A stretch of DNA of 64,000 nt from Mobula birostris. Lineage: Eukaryota. The position numbers and the translations under genes are program-made. Location of the stretch: positions 14,963,884-15,027,883 of the forward strand of contig NC_092371.1 of NCBI RefSeq assembly GCF_030028105.1. Reading direction: 5' to 3'. Under the pieces are notes generated by a model. That model saw only the letters and a program-made list of their open reading frames with translations. It made no database searches and had not been told where the DNA came from. Shown one piece after another: positions 24,850-39,239 of this stretch; the first letter of the stretch is position 1; each line of letters starts with the position of its first letter.

Positions 24850-26700
24850 AATTAGTGCAAAAATAGGAAATAAAACAAGTAGTGAGCTAGTGTCCATGTG
24901 TTCAATGTCCATTGAGAAATCGGATGGCAGAGGGAAAGCAGCTGTTCTTGAATTGTTGAGTGCGTGCTTTCAGGCTTCTGTACCTCCTTCCTGATGGTAG
25001 TCATGAGAAGAGGCATGTGCTGGTTAACGGGGGTTTTTAATGATGGACGCCACCATTCTGAGGCATTGCTCCTGGAAGATGTTCTGGATGCTACGAGGCA
25101 AGTGACCATGATGGAGCGGGCTAAATTTACAACTCTCTGCAGCTTGCTTTGATCCTGTCCATTAGCGCGCCCCCTCCCCACTCGATGATGGGCCCGAGAG
25201 AAGCATATGTTGCTGATTGTGACCTCCAGTTAGAAGTGGGTGCGGGCGGCGGCACAGATGTGGAAAAGCTGGTGACTGTGTCTTGCGGAGGAGGGTGGGT
25301 GGAGGGGGCGAGTGAGGCAGACGCAGATGAGTGAGAGTAGGAACTTCTTGTGCACACCACGCTTGTCCACGCGTTCATTCGGCCCCGTTCTCACGGGATC
25401 AAGTGGACCCCCAATCCCTGACACCTGCATGCGTCTCAAAGCTTCTAGTGTTGAGAGCTGCTGCGTTGTCACAGTATTCACGCGCACATATGTTCATAAT
25501 TGAGTCAACAAAGCAACCTACATCCGCTAACTCCCTATACTCCTCGGCAACCAACATCGCTCCACGATTTTGTGACGCCTTCCTATCGCTACTCCCGCTC
25601 CGCAATCCCTTACGAACACGACACCCTCCCTGACTGCGATACCGCCGACCTCTGCTGCCCTCCTTGTCTCTGTAATACCGTGCGACCCCTACTTCTATCC
25701 AGTCACCCTGAGCGCCCATGTAAACGTTTCCTCAAGGCTATCGTAGCAAGGGCGTGGGGTAATTGTATGGAGCTTCTATTACTTATTAAATGCTCCCAAC
25801 AACGTGCGTCTTAAACAGCTTCTAACAAGCAAGTCGAGCTCATGACCCCCTCAGGCCTATCTAGAAAGGCTGGTAGAACCATTTCTACTAACAGAAGAAG
25901 GGGTAAAAACGAAGCCGGATACTGGCACCTTAAGCCAGTCGCTTCGGTCAGATGGAGCTCGTCAATTGCAGGTAGCAGCTCACCGTAGAGAAGGATATCT
26001 CTGATTTCAAACCTCCGCTGCCTTGTAGGTATACCCACAAAGAGGGAAGGCTTTCGGAGTAAACTCCGCCAAACCTTCTGAAGCTAGAGACCTTAAGGGA
26101 GTCTTACGCTGATTTCAACGCTGACTGACAACTTTTGTGAGATCGTTGGTACAAAACAGTTTTGGTTTCAGTTGTTCCTGTAGATTCTTCTTCTGCGAGG
26201 ATTGGGGGAGTCTGCTGCGTGGGAAACAATTTGCACTCCGCACCGGAGCGCTCCTGCTTGTGTACTGGTTTCCGTTTTAACTTCAGCAGCTGAAACGCAA
26301 AACTTACGGTTGAGCTCAACCAACGAAGCACCATATGTGTAAGCGGAATGAACGGGGTAGGTGAGGATGTCGGGGGGTAATCAGGCCTTTTCTTTTAAAC
26401 GCTCACAGAGAAGTCATAACCACTTCAGCCAAAACTCCACAGACCACTGCAGGTCACATAGCGACAGCAGGGTGAGGGAACTATTAGTGATCTGCCAGAG
26501 ATCAGAGAGGTTGGAGACCTCGACAACTAGGCATCGGCGAGACATTACTGTATACTGTTTGGACCGTAACCCTACGGAAAGTAGACATCCCTTGGGGTTG
26601 GTAAAAGGCGAACAGTTGTATTCATCCTAATATGGGAGAAATGGCTTACTGTAGTTTAGATAAAAGCTATCGCATTCCAAAGGTAGAGGGTGATTTCCGA
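24850..26700 (-). mobile_element. Internally deleted L2/CR1-group LINE (ORF1 region 25400-26100; ORF2 3' end 24850-25160)
   Basis: KLQRVVNLARSIM-type L2 terminus; ORF1-like FEIRD and VDS (esterase-like) fragments. Confidence 0.55.
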
Positions 26701-26825
26701 GGCCGGCTCTGGTGGCTCAGAGCACAGTGTTAGGGCGAGGAAATCAGCTAATAGGGATCGCCAAGAAACCTTGTCACTGAGAAGTATTGAGGTTCCTCTC
26801 CAGAGACTTGGTTTCGGTACCGAAT

Positions 26826-26838
26826 TCTCTCTCCCTCC

Positions 26839-26879
<41 letters not shown>

Positions 26880-26919
26880 TCTCTCTCGCTCTTTCCGCTT
26901 TTTCGCTCGCGCGCGTGTA

Positions 26920-26980
<61 letters not shown>
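26826..26980. repeat. Compound (CT)n + (GT)n microsatellite
   Basis: Direct reading of the sequence. Confidence 0.95.
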
Positions 26981-26981
<1 letters not shown>

Positions 26982-28037
26982 TATATTTCGTACGTTCTCC
27001 CCTTGACCCCGTGAGTTTCCTCTGGTGTTCTGGTACCTCCCGCATCACAGTGACATGCTGGGTCGAGAGGGGTTAATTGGCATAAATTAATGTCGGTAAG
27101 TGAATGAAGGGCTGGAAACGGGGGAAAACGACGGAAATGTGGGAGAGAGTGATAAAATATCTGGTGGACTGAATGTGCTGATGTCTGCGAGGCTGTCCGC
27201 TAACTGAGGGGACGTAGGGTTTGCGAGGCAGGTTAGAGCTAAGGAAAAGTCTTCAATCTGAGGCGAACGTGACCCGCACACCCACCAATCTCTCCCCAGA
27301 GTTGTACACACACACCACCCCTCAAACTCTGTCCCCATGTACCTCTCAGCCTTCTGTTGCGTGACACTCACGGATGCAATCAAAGTAGCCGGGAGTCAGG
27401 CGTTCGTGCAGTTGGGAGGGAAGGAGGGAGCTAGTGAGGAAAGCGAACAGCAGGAGGAAGTAGTAGATAGGTACCGAGGTTTGGTGGCCTTAGTCCTCAG
27501 AGGAAGAGCTGTGGGAGGGGAGGAGATAGAAGGAAAGGAAGGTTAGTTCTCCACTCCACGACTCTCAGTTCAGCATCCCCAGCAGGATCAAATCCCTGAG
27601 TGGGGTGGGGTGAGGAGTGGGTCCACGTAGAATCCTACACTTTGCAAATAGCCCTTCGGCCCATCGATTCTCGGCTGACACTCAGCTACTCATTCACACA
27701 TTTGAAACCAAGGCCAGTCCAGGAGATTGAGCCCAGGTACTCGGGTGCCCACTGCAGGGGATTCGCCGATGTGTTTCCAAATGGGCGCAGGGACATCACA
27801 CTCGAAACTCAGTGGGCATCACTCACTAAGAAAACATCACTGGTACACCAGCCCGCCAAAAATCACCCACTCCCCAAAAAATCTCACCAATCCGCATCGC
27901 CCCACGCAAATCTGTCCCTTTCCCGTACCCAGCAAACTTCGTTATTCCCAACCCCTCCAAATCAGACCGCATCTCACCTCCTCCCAAACCTCACCCCTCC
28001 CCAATCCCCAAACCTATCATCTGCCAACTTGCGCTCC

Positions 28038-29351
28038 TGTCATGATCCAGTCCGTGAGTGCGCGTTCCGGTTCACAGTCCGGTCCGTTGACTCAGGACTC
28101 CGGGTCTTCCAGCTGTCCCTTGTTTGAGTTAATCATAGGCACCTGATTCTCATCTTTGGGCTTGCAATATAAGTAGCCTTGGGATTGAGTGTGGGCTGCT
28201 GGTTTGTCTTGTCAGTCCCCCTTAGAGCAACCTGCTGATGGAAGGCTAGTGAAACCATTTGTGATCTCTACCCCTGGTTGGAGGACCACTGCTTCATGGA
28301 GTCTTGTTGCCACTTGTTGGAGTAGTTTTTGCGGTATGGATTCAGCTATTTCCCGGGCCAGCTGAGTGGCTGCCAGCCATTCGAAGCGAGGTAGGGATCC
28401 GGCTGTTTCTGTAGCCAGCTGAGGTTGCTGGCCGAACTGATATTTGGAGCTAACCCGGAGCAGAGATGGAACTGTCTGTTGTCCTTTGGTAGTTATCTCT
28501 TCTTGTCCTCGCCTCTGTGGGGTAAGCCAGGCCGTTTTGACGTTGCCCTGCGGGGGGTGGGGGGTGGTCCTGTCTTGTCTTGTCTTGTACTCGCCTCCGT
28601 GGGGTAAGTCAGGCTGTTTTGCCGTTGCCCTGCGGGGGACTCTGTCTTGTCTTGTCTTGTCCTTGCCTCTGTTGGGTAAGTCCGGCCGTTCTGCCGTTAC
28701 CTGACGGAGAGACCTGTCCAACTTTGGTGTGGAGATGACATTGAGTCCAGGCTTGTCTTAGGATAACTTCCGGCTCTATGTTTATGTTCTCTCCTGTCTC
28801 ATGTTAGTGTCGTGTTAAAGATGAGTCCCGGCTTGTCGAAGGATAAGTCCTGGCTCTGTGTTGATGTTCGGTTCCCAGTCTGTCTCTGAGCTTCAGGAAC
28901 CGAAACCTTGAAGATCCCGCAGCCAAGCTCAAGACCCAAGACCCCAAGCCTCGAGGATCCCAAGCCAAGGTCAAGATGCAAGACCCAAGACCCAAGACCC
29001 CAGACTCAAGCCTCAAGAGCTAAGACCCCAGTCTGTGTCGAAGCTCAGGCATCTAGACTCCAGCCACGTCCTGTTCTGAAGCCATATCATGTCCTTGCCT
29101 GGTTCCGGGGTCCGAGTCCGAGGCAAGACCCAGGTTCTGGGTCCTTGTCCACTCTCGGGCTCGGAGTTCAAGCTTTGTCTCCTAGTCCATGGTTCCTAGT
29201 CCTGGTCCCACTTTCCCTAGCCCAAGTCTGCGTTCTTGTAGCTGCTCCTTGCCTGAAACCTGTCACGTCCCTACTCTAGTCAAGTCCTGTTCTTTGTACT
29301 TCAGTGTCTGTGTCTTCCACTTGGGTCTGTTCCCAGCACCCCAATGTGACA
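28038..29351. mobile_element. Solo LTR (Gypsy-like), 1.3 kb, with internal tandem repeats
   Basis: TGTCA...TGACA termini; perfect 5-bp TSD GCTCC (28033-28037, 29352-29356); inserted into a Penelope 3' remnant. Confidence 0.85.
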
Positions 29352-29659
29352 GCTCCTCCCCTTCTCCTACCTTATTATTTTATCAACATGACCCTTCCCA
29401 GGCCTGGTGAATAGTCTCCGCCCGAGAGGTCGACTGTTTGTTCCCCTTCATAGATGTTGTCTGACCTGATGAGTTCCTCCGGTATTTTGTGTGTTCCGTG
29501 GGTGAGCCAGTGTTCGTTATCTTACCGCCCAACATGAGACACAAACCCACAGTGAGAGAACATAGAACACTGAATACTGCAGGAAGTGCCCCTGCAGTTA
29601 TTAATGTTGCGCCGAACGAATGAAATTCTTAATCAAATGGATAATAGCCTGCTCCCTCC

Positions 29660-30150
29660 TGGCGACAAAATGATCATATACCCCAATTTCCCGCACATTC
29701 GTATAACTTCTCAAACGTCTCGTTAGTCCTGAATAAATTTGAGTCGATTCGCACCCCAGGCAGTGCATTCAGGCACCCACCACTCTCTGTATAAAAACAG
29801 TTACTGCCTATGCCTCTCAGTCTTGCAAATCTCTGTCCAAATCTCCCCTGAGAATCCACTGCTCCAGAGTAAGCAACCCAAGTTGATATGGCCTCTCGTA
29901 ATTATACGTGCCCTCTAATTGAGGCAGCGTTTTGTTAAACCTCTTCTGCCCCCTCACCAAAGACTCCTCATACTTATAATGGATAGCTAGCACATGTTTC
30001 CTTTTACCAGAACTGTATGAACGACAGAAGCAGCCTAACTACAGTTTAAAAAGCTGCAACCTAACTTGAATGTTGAACTCAGCCCCTCGATTAATATAGG
30101 CGAGCATGCCATATGCCTACTCAATTATCCTGTGTCGCCACTTTCAGGGA
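29660..30150 (-). mobile_element. CR1 LINE 3' fragment
   Basis: Antisense ...FYTESGGCLNALPG..., typical CR1 3' end. Confidence 0.65.
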
Positions 30151-30539
30151 GCTCAGGCCAGTTCAGTTTTAACCAGGGGAGTGAGGGAAATCAGTGCAGG
30201 GATACTCTGGGATAGGTCTGATTACCATGATGAGAACTAAATGGAAGGCATGCAAAACATAATAAAATGCTCGGTATGTGACAATAATAAACTAATTTGC
30301 CAATTTAAACAGCATAGCCATGATAACTGGGCCTACCTGGCGTACAGATGAGTGTTGTGCAAACCAAGGAATTGAAGACAGCGACAGGAAGGAAGTAGGA
30401 CTGGAGAGCATTGTGAACGTAATAGTCTGCTATTAGTGAGACACGGTAGGTGTCAGTGAGACAGGTGGAGAAAATGGGCTTTGGCAGCAAGCAGGAACAC
30501 TTACGGTAGTACAGCAGCTGAAGAGCAGTAAAAAATAAA

Positions 30540-30820
30540 CACGACATGGAAACAAGAGAGCCAGAGAAACAGACAAAGATAGAGAGAAACAGAAAGAGAG
30601 AGAGTCATAGGGAGCGAGACAGAGTCACGCAAAGAGACAGACAGAGACAGACAGAGACAGAAAGATGGAGAAATGGAGAGTGAGAGATGTGGAAGGAAAC
30701 GGAGAGTGAGAAGGACAGAGGGGAGGGAGAGAGATAGGCAATGACAGATTTGAGGGTGTGGAGAAAGAGGGTTTGAGCTAAAGAGGGAGAGACGCATGGG
30801 ACTGGGGAAAGAGACCATAA
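30540..30820. repeat. GA-rich low-complexity tract (also ~34650-34750 and ~43240-43300)
   Basis: Direct reading of the sequence. Confidence 0.8.
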
Positions 30821-32359
30821 GACCATGACACATAAGATCAGAATTAGGTTAATCAGCACATCGAGTCAGAGATGGCGCCTGCGTACAACCCTCCCTCGGT
30901 CGTCATCGTCCAGGTAGTCCAAGAAACCGCTTATTTTATCTATTGTACGTCCGGTTTTCAACTAAAATGTGTTTCTGCAACTACTAGAGCCTGTGATTTA
31001 CAGTTTCGAGATTTACTGAGTGATCCACCGCTTGCTGTCTCCAGAAGATTCCGGGAAGCAAATTCGAACGCCCTCGCCTCAAAGAACTTTCGACGCTTGG
31101 CGCCCGACCATGGTCGACTACATTTTGCTGTTTAAGGCCTTTATTAATTACCGATCAAAGCGCGAAGGAAGATTGATGCATCGATGCAAATACAGAAGGC
31201 TAGCGAGGCTTTAGCGCCGACTGTCTCCCTTTGGATCATTGATGGGATCCCTCAGCTGCAGGAGAAGGAGACTGCGTGGCCTGCCGCTGTGTGGTGGCTC
31301 GCTGTGCCCGGAGTACTGTCTCTCTGTTTCCATGATGTCTGAAGAAGTTTATGAATTGAACCATGGACTTTTTCCAGGCTAATTGATTCTATCTCGTTGT
31401 ATTTTTTGTGCTGGGGAGGGAGAAGGTTGGAAATCGTTGTTTTTTTGCTTTTTGTGCGGGGGCAGGAGTTTGTATGTTGGTGATTGTGGTTCCGTTCTAT
31501 TTTGTGCGGGGACTGGGTTTGCCTTTTCTCTGTGAACGACTGTCCATGGTTCCCTTTGTTCTGTGGCTATCTGGAGCGGAATCTGACAGCTGTAGACTGC
31601 ATGCATACTTTGATAAAAAACGAACCTTTGAAACGTTGCATCTCCTCCGCCATTTCTTCATGGATATTCTGTTTCGTTCTCAATCCCATTCTCCTGCTGT
31701 CTCCCAATCACCTTTCATGCACTAACTAATCAAGACCGTGTCACTTTCCGCCTTAATTACATCCAATGTCATGGTCTCTGCAGACACCTTCGGGAACGAA
31801 TTCCCCATATTCAGCACTCTCTCGTAAATAAAGGCCATCTCATCTCAGTTCTATATGGACGTTCCTCTATTATGAGGCTGTGGTATTTGGTCCTAGGTAT
31901 CCCCGACAGAGTAAATGCCCATTCTGTCTTGTCCGTCTAACATTCGATAGCTTTCAATGAGATCATCCTACTTTCTCCGAAATTTTTGCCAGCAGATGCC
32001 CACAGCCTCATCATATGATGTCAAGTGAGCGCCGGCAACGACTGAACCCAGGCGTGGAGGAACGGCAGACTCAGCTGCAGAGACGCAAAACAAGGGATTA
32101 GTCATAAGAATTTCAAAACAGCATCTGCGCATGACTGTGCGACGCAGCAAGACAAATCATTCTCAACTCAAGTTCGCCTCAACGAGTGTTAAACGGGAGT
32201 TTGCTTTAAATAATCATATAAAACGGAAAATGCGTGACAGTCAGAATTAACTTGACAAGATTAAACAGAAGCACATAGGCTTAATGATTCGTTTTATAGC
32301 AACAATCAGTCGACACAAGTGCTCCAGAAAATGAACGTTCCACGGCACGACGCAGAAGT

Positions 32360-34020
32360 TATGAACGCTCATGGCATATGATAAGCTTTTCATTCTCGGA
32401 ATCATTCTAGTGAACCTCCTTGAAGCCATTTCCAAAGTCGGCACTTGCTTCCTTAATTGAGTGCCCCAAACCTGCTCACAATACTCCAGATGAAGCCTTA
32501 CCAGTGTCTTATAGAGCCTCACCATTCCATCTTTTCATTTAGAGTTATAGAGCCACAATCATAGAACAGTACATCACAGAAACCGGAGCACCGGCCCATC
32601 TAGTACATGCCGAACCATTTCACCTGCTTAACCTCATCGATCTGCACAGGGACCATAGCCTTCCATACCCCTACCATCCATACACCGATCCATAATGCTG
32701 CTCATTTTTGAGATCGAGGTCGGATGCAGGACTTGCATACTCTCACAACACTCTGAGTGAAGAAGTTTCCCCTCATGTCTCCCTTGACCATCTCATATTT
32801 GATACTTATTCCATGAACTCAGGTTGTAGTCCCACAGCAGAGGAAACAGCCTCCTTGCATTTACCCAATATATAACCTGTATAATGGTGTATAGCTCTAT
32901 CAAATATCCGTTCAATCTTCTACTGTTCAAGGAAAAGAAGTCCTAACCTATTCAATCTGTCCTTATAGTTCAAGTGCTCCATACCGCAAAAGTCCAATGT
33001 AATGTCAGAGAAATGTGTACATTATACATACTAAAATGTTTTTTTTTCTGCGCAGCTATCCACGAAAACGGAGGAGTCCCCCAAAGAATGAACGTCAGTT
33101 AAATGTTAGAACCCCAAAGTACCCCCTCAGCCCCTCTCCCTCCTGCGCGTAAGCAGCAGCAAGCAACAATGCACCCTTTCCCCACCAGGTAATATTCTTG
33201 TAAATTTTCTCCGTACTCTTTCAACCTTTCTTACATCTTTCCTGTAGGTAGGTGACCAAAACTTCACACAATATTACAAATTAGACCTCACCAATGTTTG
33301 CTATAAATTCAACATCGTATTCCATCCTCTGCACTGAGTCCTTTTATTTATGAAGGCGAAAGTTCAAAAGCCTTTCTTTACGATCATATCTACTTGTGAC
33401 GCTGTTTTCTATGAAGTATGAGCCTGTGTTCCGAGATCCCTCTGTTCTACCGCACTCCTTAGTTCCCTACTGTTTACTGTGTAAAGCTTACGCTGGGTGG
33501 TCCTACCGAAGTGCAACACCTCGGAACTATCTACATTAATTTCCATCTGTCATATTTTCAGCCGATGCTGCCAGCTGGTCCAAATTCCGCTGCAAGCCAC
33601 AATAGCTAATCATGCTGTCATTCACGCACGCAATCTTGGTGTCATCAGCAAATTTGTTGATACAGTTAATCACGTTATCATCCAGATCGTTGATGTAGAT
33701 GACACACAGCAACTAACCCCAAAGCGATCCCTACGGCACTCTACCAGTCATAGGCCTCCAATCAGAGAGACAGCCATCTCCTATCATTCTCTAGCTTCTC
33801 CCACAAAGCTAATGTCGAGTAAAATTTATCTCATCATCATGACTGTCGAGCGGCTGAAACTTCTTGACCAACCTCCCGTGAGGAACCGTATCAAATACTT
33901 TGATAAAGTCCATGTAGACAACATCAGTTCATTGCCGTCATCCACTTTCCTGGCAACTTCCTTTAAAAATTCAAAAGATGTTTTAGATCGGATCTACCAG
34001 TTACGAAGCCATGCTGACGA
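32360..34020 (-). mobile_element. CR1 LINE RT/3' region with a nested short repeat (~33000-33190)
   Basis: RLYKTLVRLHLEYCEQVWG; the + strand ORF 33497-34030 is the antisense shadow of CR1 RT. Confidence 0.75.
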
Positions 34021-35209
34021 TAGGACTTAGACAGATCAAGATACCGGGCAAGAAAGTGGCAAATGAAATACAATGTTGGAAATGGGAGAAAGTCCAGAAA
34101 TCTGAGATATAAAGAGACTTTGGGATCCCTGTGTAGAACACCCTAAAGGTTAAGTTTCAGGTTGAGTCGGTGGTGAGGAAGGCAAGTGCAATCTTAGCAA
34201 TCTTAGCAATCATTTCAAGAGGGACTGAATACATTAGCAGAGGTGTGATACTTAGGCCTTATAAGGCACTGTAAGGTACTGTGAACAGCTTTGGGCTCCA
34301 TCTGAGAAAAGATGTAACTAAACTTATCAATATCATTCTGTAGTTGAGAACTCGTCTCCTCATGACTAACAGCGCCACAAATCCCCGTCTCATTTGTGAA
34401 GGTACTAATTAAACACTCTGGGTCCACCAAACTTCGCCATGTACGGTCCCAAGCCTGGCTGCGAAAGGAGGAGAGTTTGGCACGGGGCTAGTAACAGAAA
34501 CGCCAATAGAAACTCCAAAGGCCTCATTCCAGGGAGAAAAAAGATCTTCCAAAATGGGCTACACCTAGGGACAACTTGAAAGAGGCCCAGAACGGAAGAG
34601 CCGGGAGAGGTGCTGTCGCCGCCTATACCTCAATAGGGCTGCTGTGCTGAAGAAGAAAATAGAGAGAAAGAGAGAAAGGAAAGAGGGTGGGGAGCAGAGA
34701 GAAAGAGAGACAGAAGGGAGGGGGAAAGAGAGGGAGAGAGAGAGAGAAAGATTGGTTGCGGAAAACCCCTTCATTATTGTAGTCGAGTACAATATGTGCC
34801 CCACTCATTTTAACTTTAAGGAATGTAACAGAATACTACTTACTGCATTGACAATGAATGAATGAAACAGCATTGAACTGTTTATTCTGGCATTTTTTTA
34901 TTTACGAGTAAAGTTTATTTTGATAAAATTAACATTGGTCTAATGAACCAACTGCCACTAATGAGCTGTAGGCATACTGTGAATGGCATTGAAATATCGA
35001 GATCTAAAATGGAGTCGCTAGGGCTCATTCAAGTGGAGTGCTGTGGGAGCGCAGCACTCTCAGAGGGATTATACTGAAAGCACCACTGGTATCAATGCGT
35101 CAAGTAAAGCAGACCAAGACAAAGACTACAATTTATACAGCAGGGAAGGCTAAGCATCATGTTCTGGCAGGTGGGACCACTGAGATGGATATTTTATAGC
35201 CAAAACGTA

Positions 35210-36267
35210 CGTTGAGGGCTTCCCTGGTATCATGGACCCTTGATTACCTGACTAGTAGACCACAGTACGTGTGCTTGCAACACTGTGTGTCCGACAGAGT
35301 GATCAGCAGCACTGGGGCTCCACAGGGGTCTGTCTTGTCTCCCTTTCTCTTCACCATTTACACCTCGGACTTCAACTACTGCACAGAGTCTTGTCATCTT
35401 CAGAAGTTTTCCGATGACTCTGCCATAGTTGGATGCATCAGCAAGGGAGACGAGGCTGAGTACAGGGCTACGGTAGGAAACTTTGTCACATGGTGTGAGC
35501 AGAATTATCTGCAGCTTAATGTGAAAAAGACTAAGGAGCTGGTGGTAGACCTGAGGAGAGCTAAGGTACCGGTGACCCCTGTTTCCATCCAGGGAGTCAG
35601 TGGGGACATGGTGAAGGATTACAGATACCTGGGGATACGAATTGACAATAAACTGGACTGGTCAAAGAACACTAAGGCTGTCTACAAGAAGGGTCAGAGC
35701 CGTCTCTATTTCCTGAGGAGACTGAGGTCCTTTAACATATGCCGGACGATGCTGAGGATGTTCTACGAGTCTGTGGTGGTCAGTTCTATCATGTTTGCTG
35801 TTGTGTGCTGGGGCAGCAGGTTGAGGGTGCCAGCAGAATCAACAAACTCATTCGTAAGGCCAGTGATGTTGTGGGGATGGAACTGGACTCTCTCACAGTG
35901 GTGTCTGAAAGGAAGATGCTGTCTAAGTTGCAGGCCATCTTGGTCAATGTTTCCCATCCACTACATAATGTACTGGTTGGGCACAGGGGTACATTCAGCC
36001 AGAGACTCATTCCACCGAGATGCAGCACAGAGCGGCATAGGAAGTCATTCCTGCCTGTGGCCATCAAACTTTACAACTCCTCCCTTGGAGGATCAGACAC
36101 CCTGAGCCAATAGGCTGGTCCTGGACTTATTTCATAATTTACTGGCATAATTTACGTATTACTATTTAACTATTTATGGTTCTTTTACTATTTATTATTT
36201 ATGGTGCAACTGTAACGAAAACCAATTTCCCCAGGGATCAATAAAGTATGACTATGACTATGACTAT
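35210..36267 (+). mobile_element. 5'-truncated Rex1/Babar-type LINE (RT C-terminal half), young copy
   Basis: LVSWTLDYLTSRPQYV...STGAPQGSVLSPFLFTIYTSDF...LQKFSDDSAIVG; one frameshift near 35830; AATAAA followed by a (GACTAT)n tail. Confidence 0.9.
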
Positions 36268-36979
36268 CTCTTCGCTGAAGACTCGAAGAGCTAAAGACTC
36301 AAGATAACTACTCTGATTATATCCACTCAAACGATGACCGCTGCGATAGCCCCAGCCTTCCTTTAATTTGTGTTTGCTTATCAATCCCAGATGCCGATTG
36401 GACGCTGGCCAAAGCTCTATTTCGCTGCCGCGATCTGTTGTTGCCTTTTAGTATCGGTCAGTGGACCTGACCTGATTGCAATTTATTGCGACCGCAAAAT
36501 AACAGATAACAGATATCACGATACATTCAATGGTATGCAACCTGTTTCTGTTTCTGATTCTGATTCAGGTAACACCTTGCATTTATGTACATTTTGTTGA
36601 GTAATTTAGACACACAAGCCAATAAATTCAGATTCAAACTGATGGTAAATTACTTTCAATTGAAAGTCGTTTCTTTGTCCTTTAGTTAGCCTCTCAGGCG
36701 CTTTTAATTGTCTGGCGGTGACCCATGTGTTCCTTGCTGTGGGGCGACCACAGAGGTCATTAGGAAGCATACGAAGGATCGTGAACTATGTCGTGCGCTG
36801 GCCTTAGCATAAGCATGAACTCAACATCTCGCCCAATGGCGAAAAGCCCCTTTGATGGCAAAATCACTTATAAACATCTTTTTCTAAAAACATTTGGGAA
36901 CGGAGAATTGGCTGGCAAAAGCATCGCTTCCGGCGAATGGATCCAAAACATGAAATAAGTACACTATTGCAGGTACATA

Positions 36980-37500
36980 TGTAAACCTGCTCGTTAGAGC
37001 GCCTATCTAATCAGCTGGTCATGTGTCAGCATCTCAACATATAAAAGCATGCAGACATGGTCAAAGGGTACACTTGCTGTTCAAGCTAAACATCATAATG
37101 GGAAGGAAATGATATCAACGTATGTTTAACCGTAGAATGATTGTTGGTGCCAGATAAAGTAGGTTGTGCATCTCAGAAAATGCTGATCTCTTGGGGTTTT
37201 CACGCACAACAGTCTCTTGAGCTTACAGATAATGGCGCAAACACAAAACAGAGATTTTAAAAAAAGCATCCAATGAGTGACAGGTATGTGGAGGAAAGCG
37301 CTTGTTAATGAGAAAAGTCAGAGGAGAAGGCAGACTGGTGTAAGATGGTAGGAAGGAGACCTTAACTTAAATAACCACGTGTTTCAAGAGTAGAGTGCAG
37401 AAGAGCACCTCAACGCACAATGCATCGATTCTTGAACTGGATTGGCTACAGCAGCAGAGGATCACACCGAGTTCTGCACCTCTGCCCAGTGAAGCGATTT
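36980..37500 (+). mobile_element. Tc1/mariner transposase remnant
   Basis: ADLLGFSRTTVS...; GGKRLLMRKVR-like degenerate region. Confidence 0.65.
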
Positions 37501-39239
37501 ACAAGCATGCAATTGTTTTGCTCATATAACTGAAGCCATGTTGAGAGTTTCCTCAGTCACAGGCCGACCGGTAGTAACGAGGACCAACGGTTAATCTGCA
37601 GTTCCATCCCGGAATGTTTCAAGGATGATTTGCAGTTTACAGCTTGTTGCGATTAAATTTAATCTTTGTCCTCACTGCCGATTCAATAATTTGTTCTTGG
37701 TCATCTAAAAGCCGATATGGTGGCGTGCCGCTTCTACTTGATTGCTCAAAGGTTCGTCGTATGCTCCCCGCTGATGGAAACAGGTCAAAAGACGATCCCA
37801 CTGAAAATACAGAGGGAGATTCTCACTGACTGAAGGGTAGAAACATGGGAGAACCATGCAGCTGAAGAAGTAGTGTTGCGTTGGGGTTGTTCGGTTTTGC
37901 ACGTATTGTGGAAATAATTGGTTTAGGGCTGAAACCATTTTTGCCGATGTGCGTCTAAACCTTCGTTGATGAAGGATTTATTCAGGGTGTTTGAAATATG
38001 CTAGAAGCCGGGAGTCAGCTAGGGAGTAGCATGACCTCCTGATTCCTGGAGTTGCCTTATTCTTCTCAGAGACGGGTTTGGGAGCCCCTACGCTGGCACA
38101 GAATTGGCTGGCCCAGTATTCTCCCTTCTCTTTCTTCTGCCGAGACTTGAGTTTCCGGACTGTTTTTTTACCCGGCTGTTGATCCAAGCTAACGAGTCGG
38201 AGGCGTGATCCCTACCTCGTCGTTAATTTAAACGCAATTCCCTGCCTGATCGATGATGCATACAAACTTAGAAACATAGAAACACAGAAAACTTACTGCA
38301 CAATACAGACCCTTCGGCCCACAAAGTTTTGCCGAACATGTCCCTACCTTATAATTACTAAGATTACTCATAGCTCTCTATTTTTCTAAATTCCATGTAC
38401 CTATCCAAAAGTCTCTTATAAGACCCTATCGTATCCGCCTCCACCAACGTTGCCAGCAGTCCATTCCACGCACTCACCACTCTCTGCGTGAAACACCTAC
38501 CCCTGACATTTCCACTGTACCTACTCCGAAGCACCCTAAACCCGTGCCCTCTTGTGGCAGCCATTTCAGCCCTGAGAAAAAGTTTCTGACCATCCACACG
38601 ATCAATGCCTCTCATTATCTTATACACTTCTCTCAGAACTCTCATCCTCTGTCACTCCAAGGAGTTAAGGCCGAGTTCACTCAGCAGAAAAGGCCGAGTT
38701 CACTCCACTCGGGAACTTCTTTCCTTTCTGCCTTACTCAGTCTGGACTCAGTCCCGTGGCACACTTTCAACAGTCTCAGAAAATTACTCTACGGAGCGGC
38801 AGATAGGAGCAATATATTTTCAAAGACACCTATAATCTAAGACAGATCTGCACAGAAAGCAACATCCATAATCAAGTAACCTCACCATCGAGACCCCACT
38901 CCCTAATCGCTACTGCCATCAGGAAGGAGGCGCAGCAACTTCAGGACACACGCCAGGTTCGGGAGCCGGTATTACTCCTCAAACACAAGCTCTTGAACCA
39001 GCGGGGATAACTTCACTCAGCTTCACTCTTCTCAACACTAATGGTTGCCACAACGTAATAACTCATATTCAAGGACCAACTCATATATCGCTAAGTAAGT
39101 TTCTGTTTATTTATTTGTATATTTATCCAATTGTCGATCTATCGATTTATTTATTTATTTTTCTATCTAAGTATGTACTTATTCATTTATTCATTATTTA
39201 TCCATCTATCTATTTATTATTATTATTGAAATGTAAAAA

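Noticed and set aside
31990-32090. Exon-like minus-strand segment with a strong acceptor (AESAVPPRLGSVVAGAHLTSYDEAVGICWQK)
   Set aside because: No Cys at the expected V position, too short, truncated by a CR1 fragment, and no partner exons.
34407-34527. Minus-strand signal-peptide-like ORF MRPLEFLLAFLLLAPCQTLLLSQPG
   Set aside because: The same sequence recurs in the opposite orientation at ~21100-21290 (gttgctagcccc..., resembling an RTE 5' UTR), so it is a dispersed repeat; there is also no phase-1 donor.
35212-36113. Longest ORF in the track (297 aa) as a host gene
   Set aside because: It is the RT of a 5'-truncated Rex1/Babar-type LINE with a frameshift and a tandem-repeat tail.
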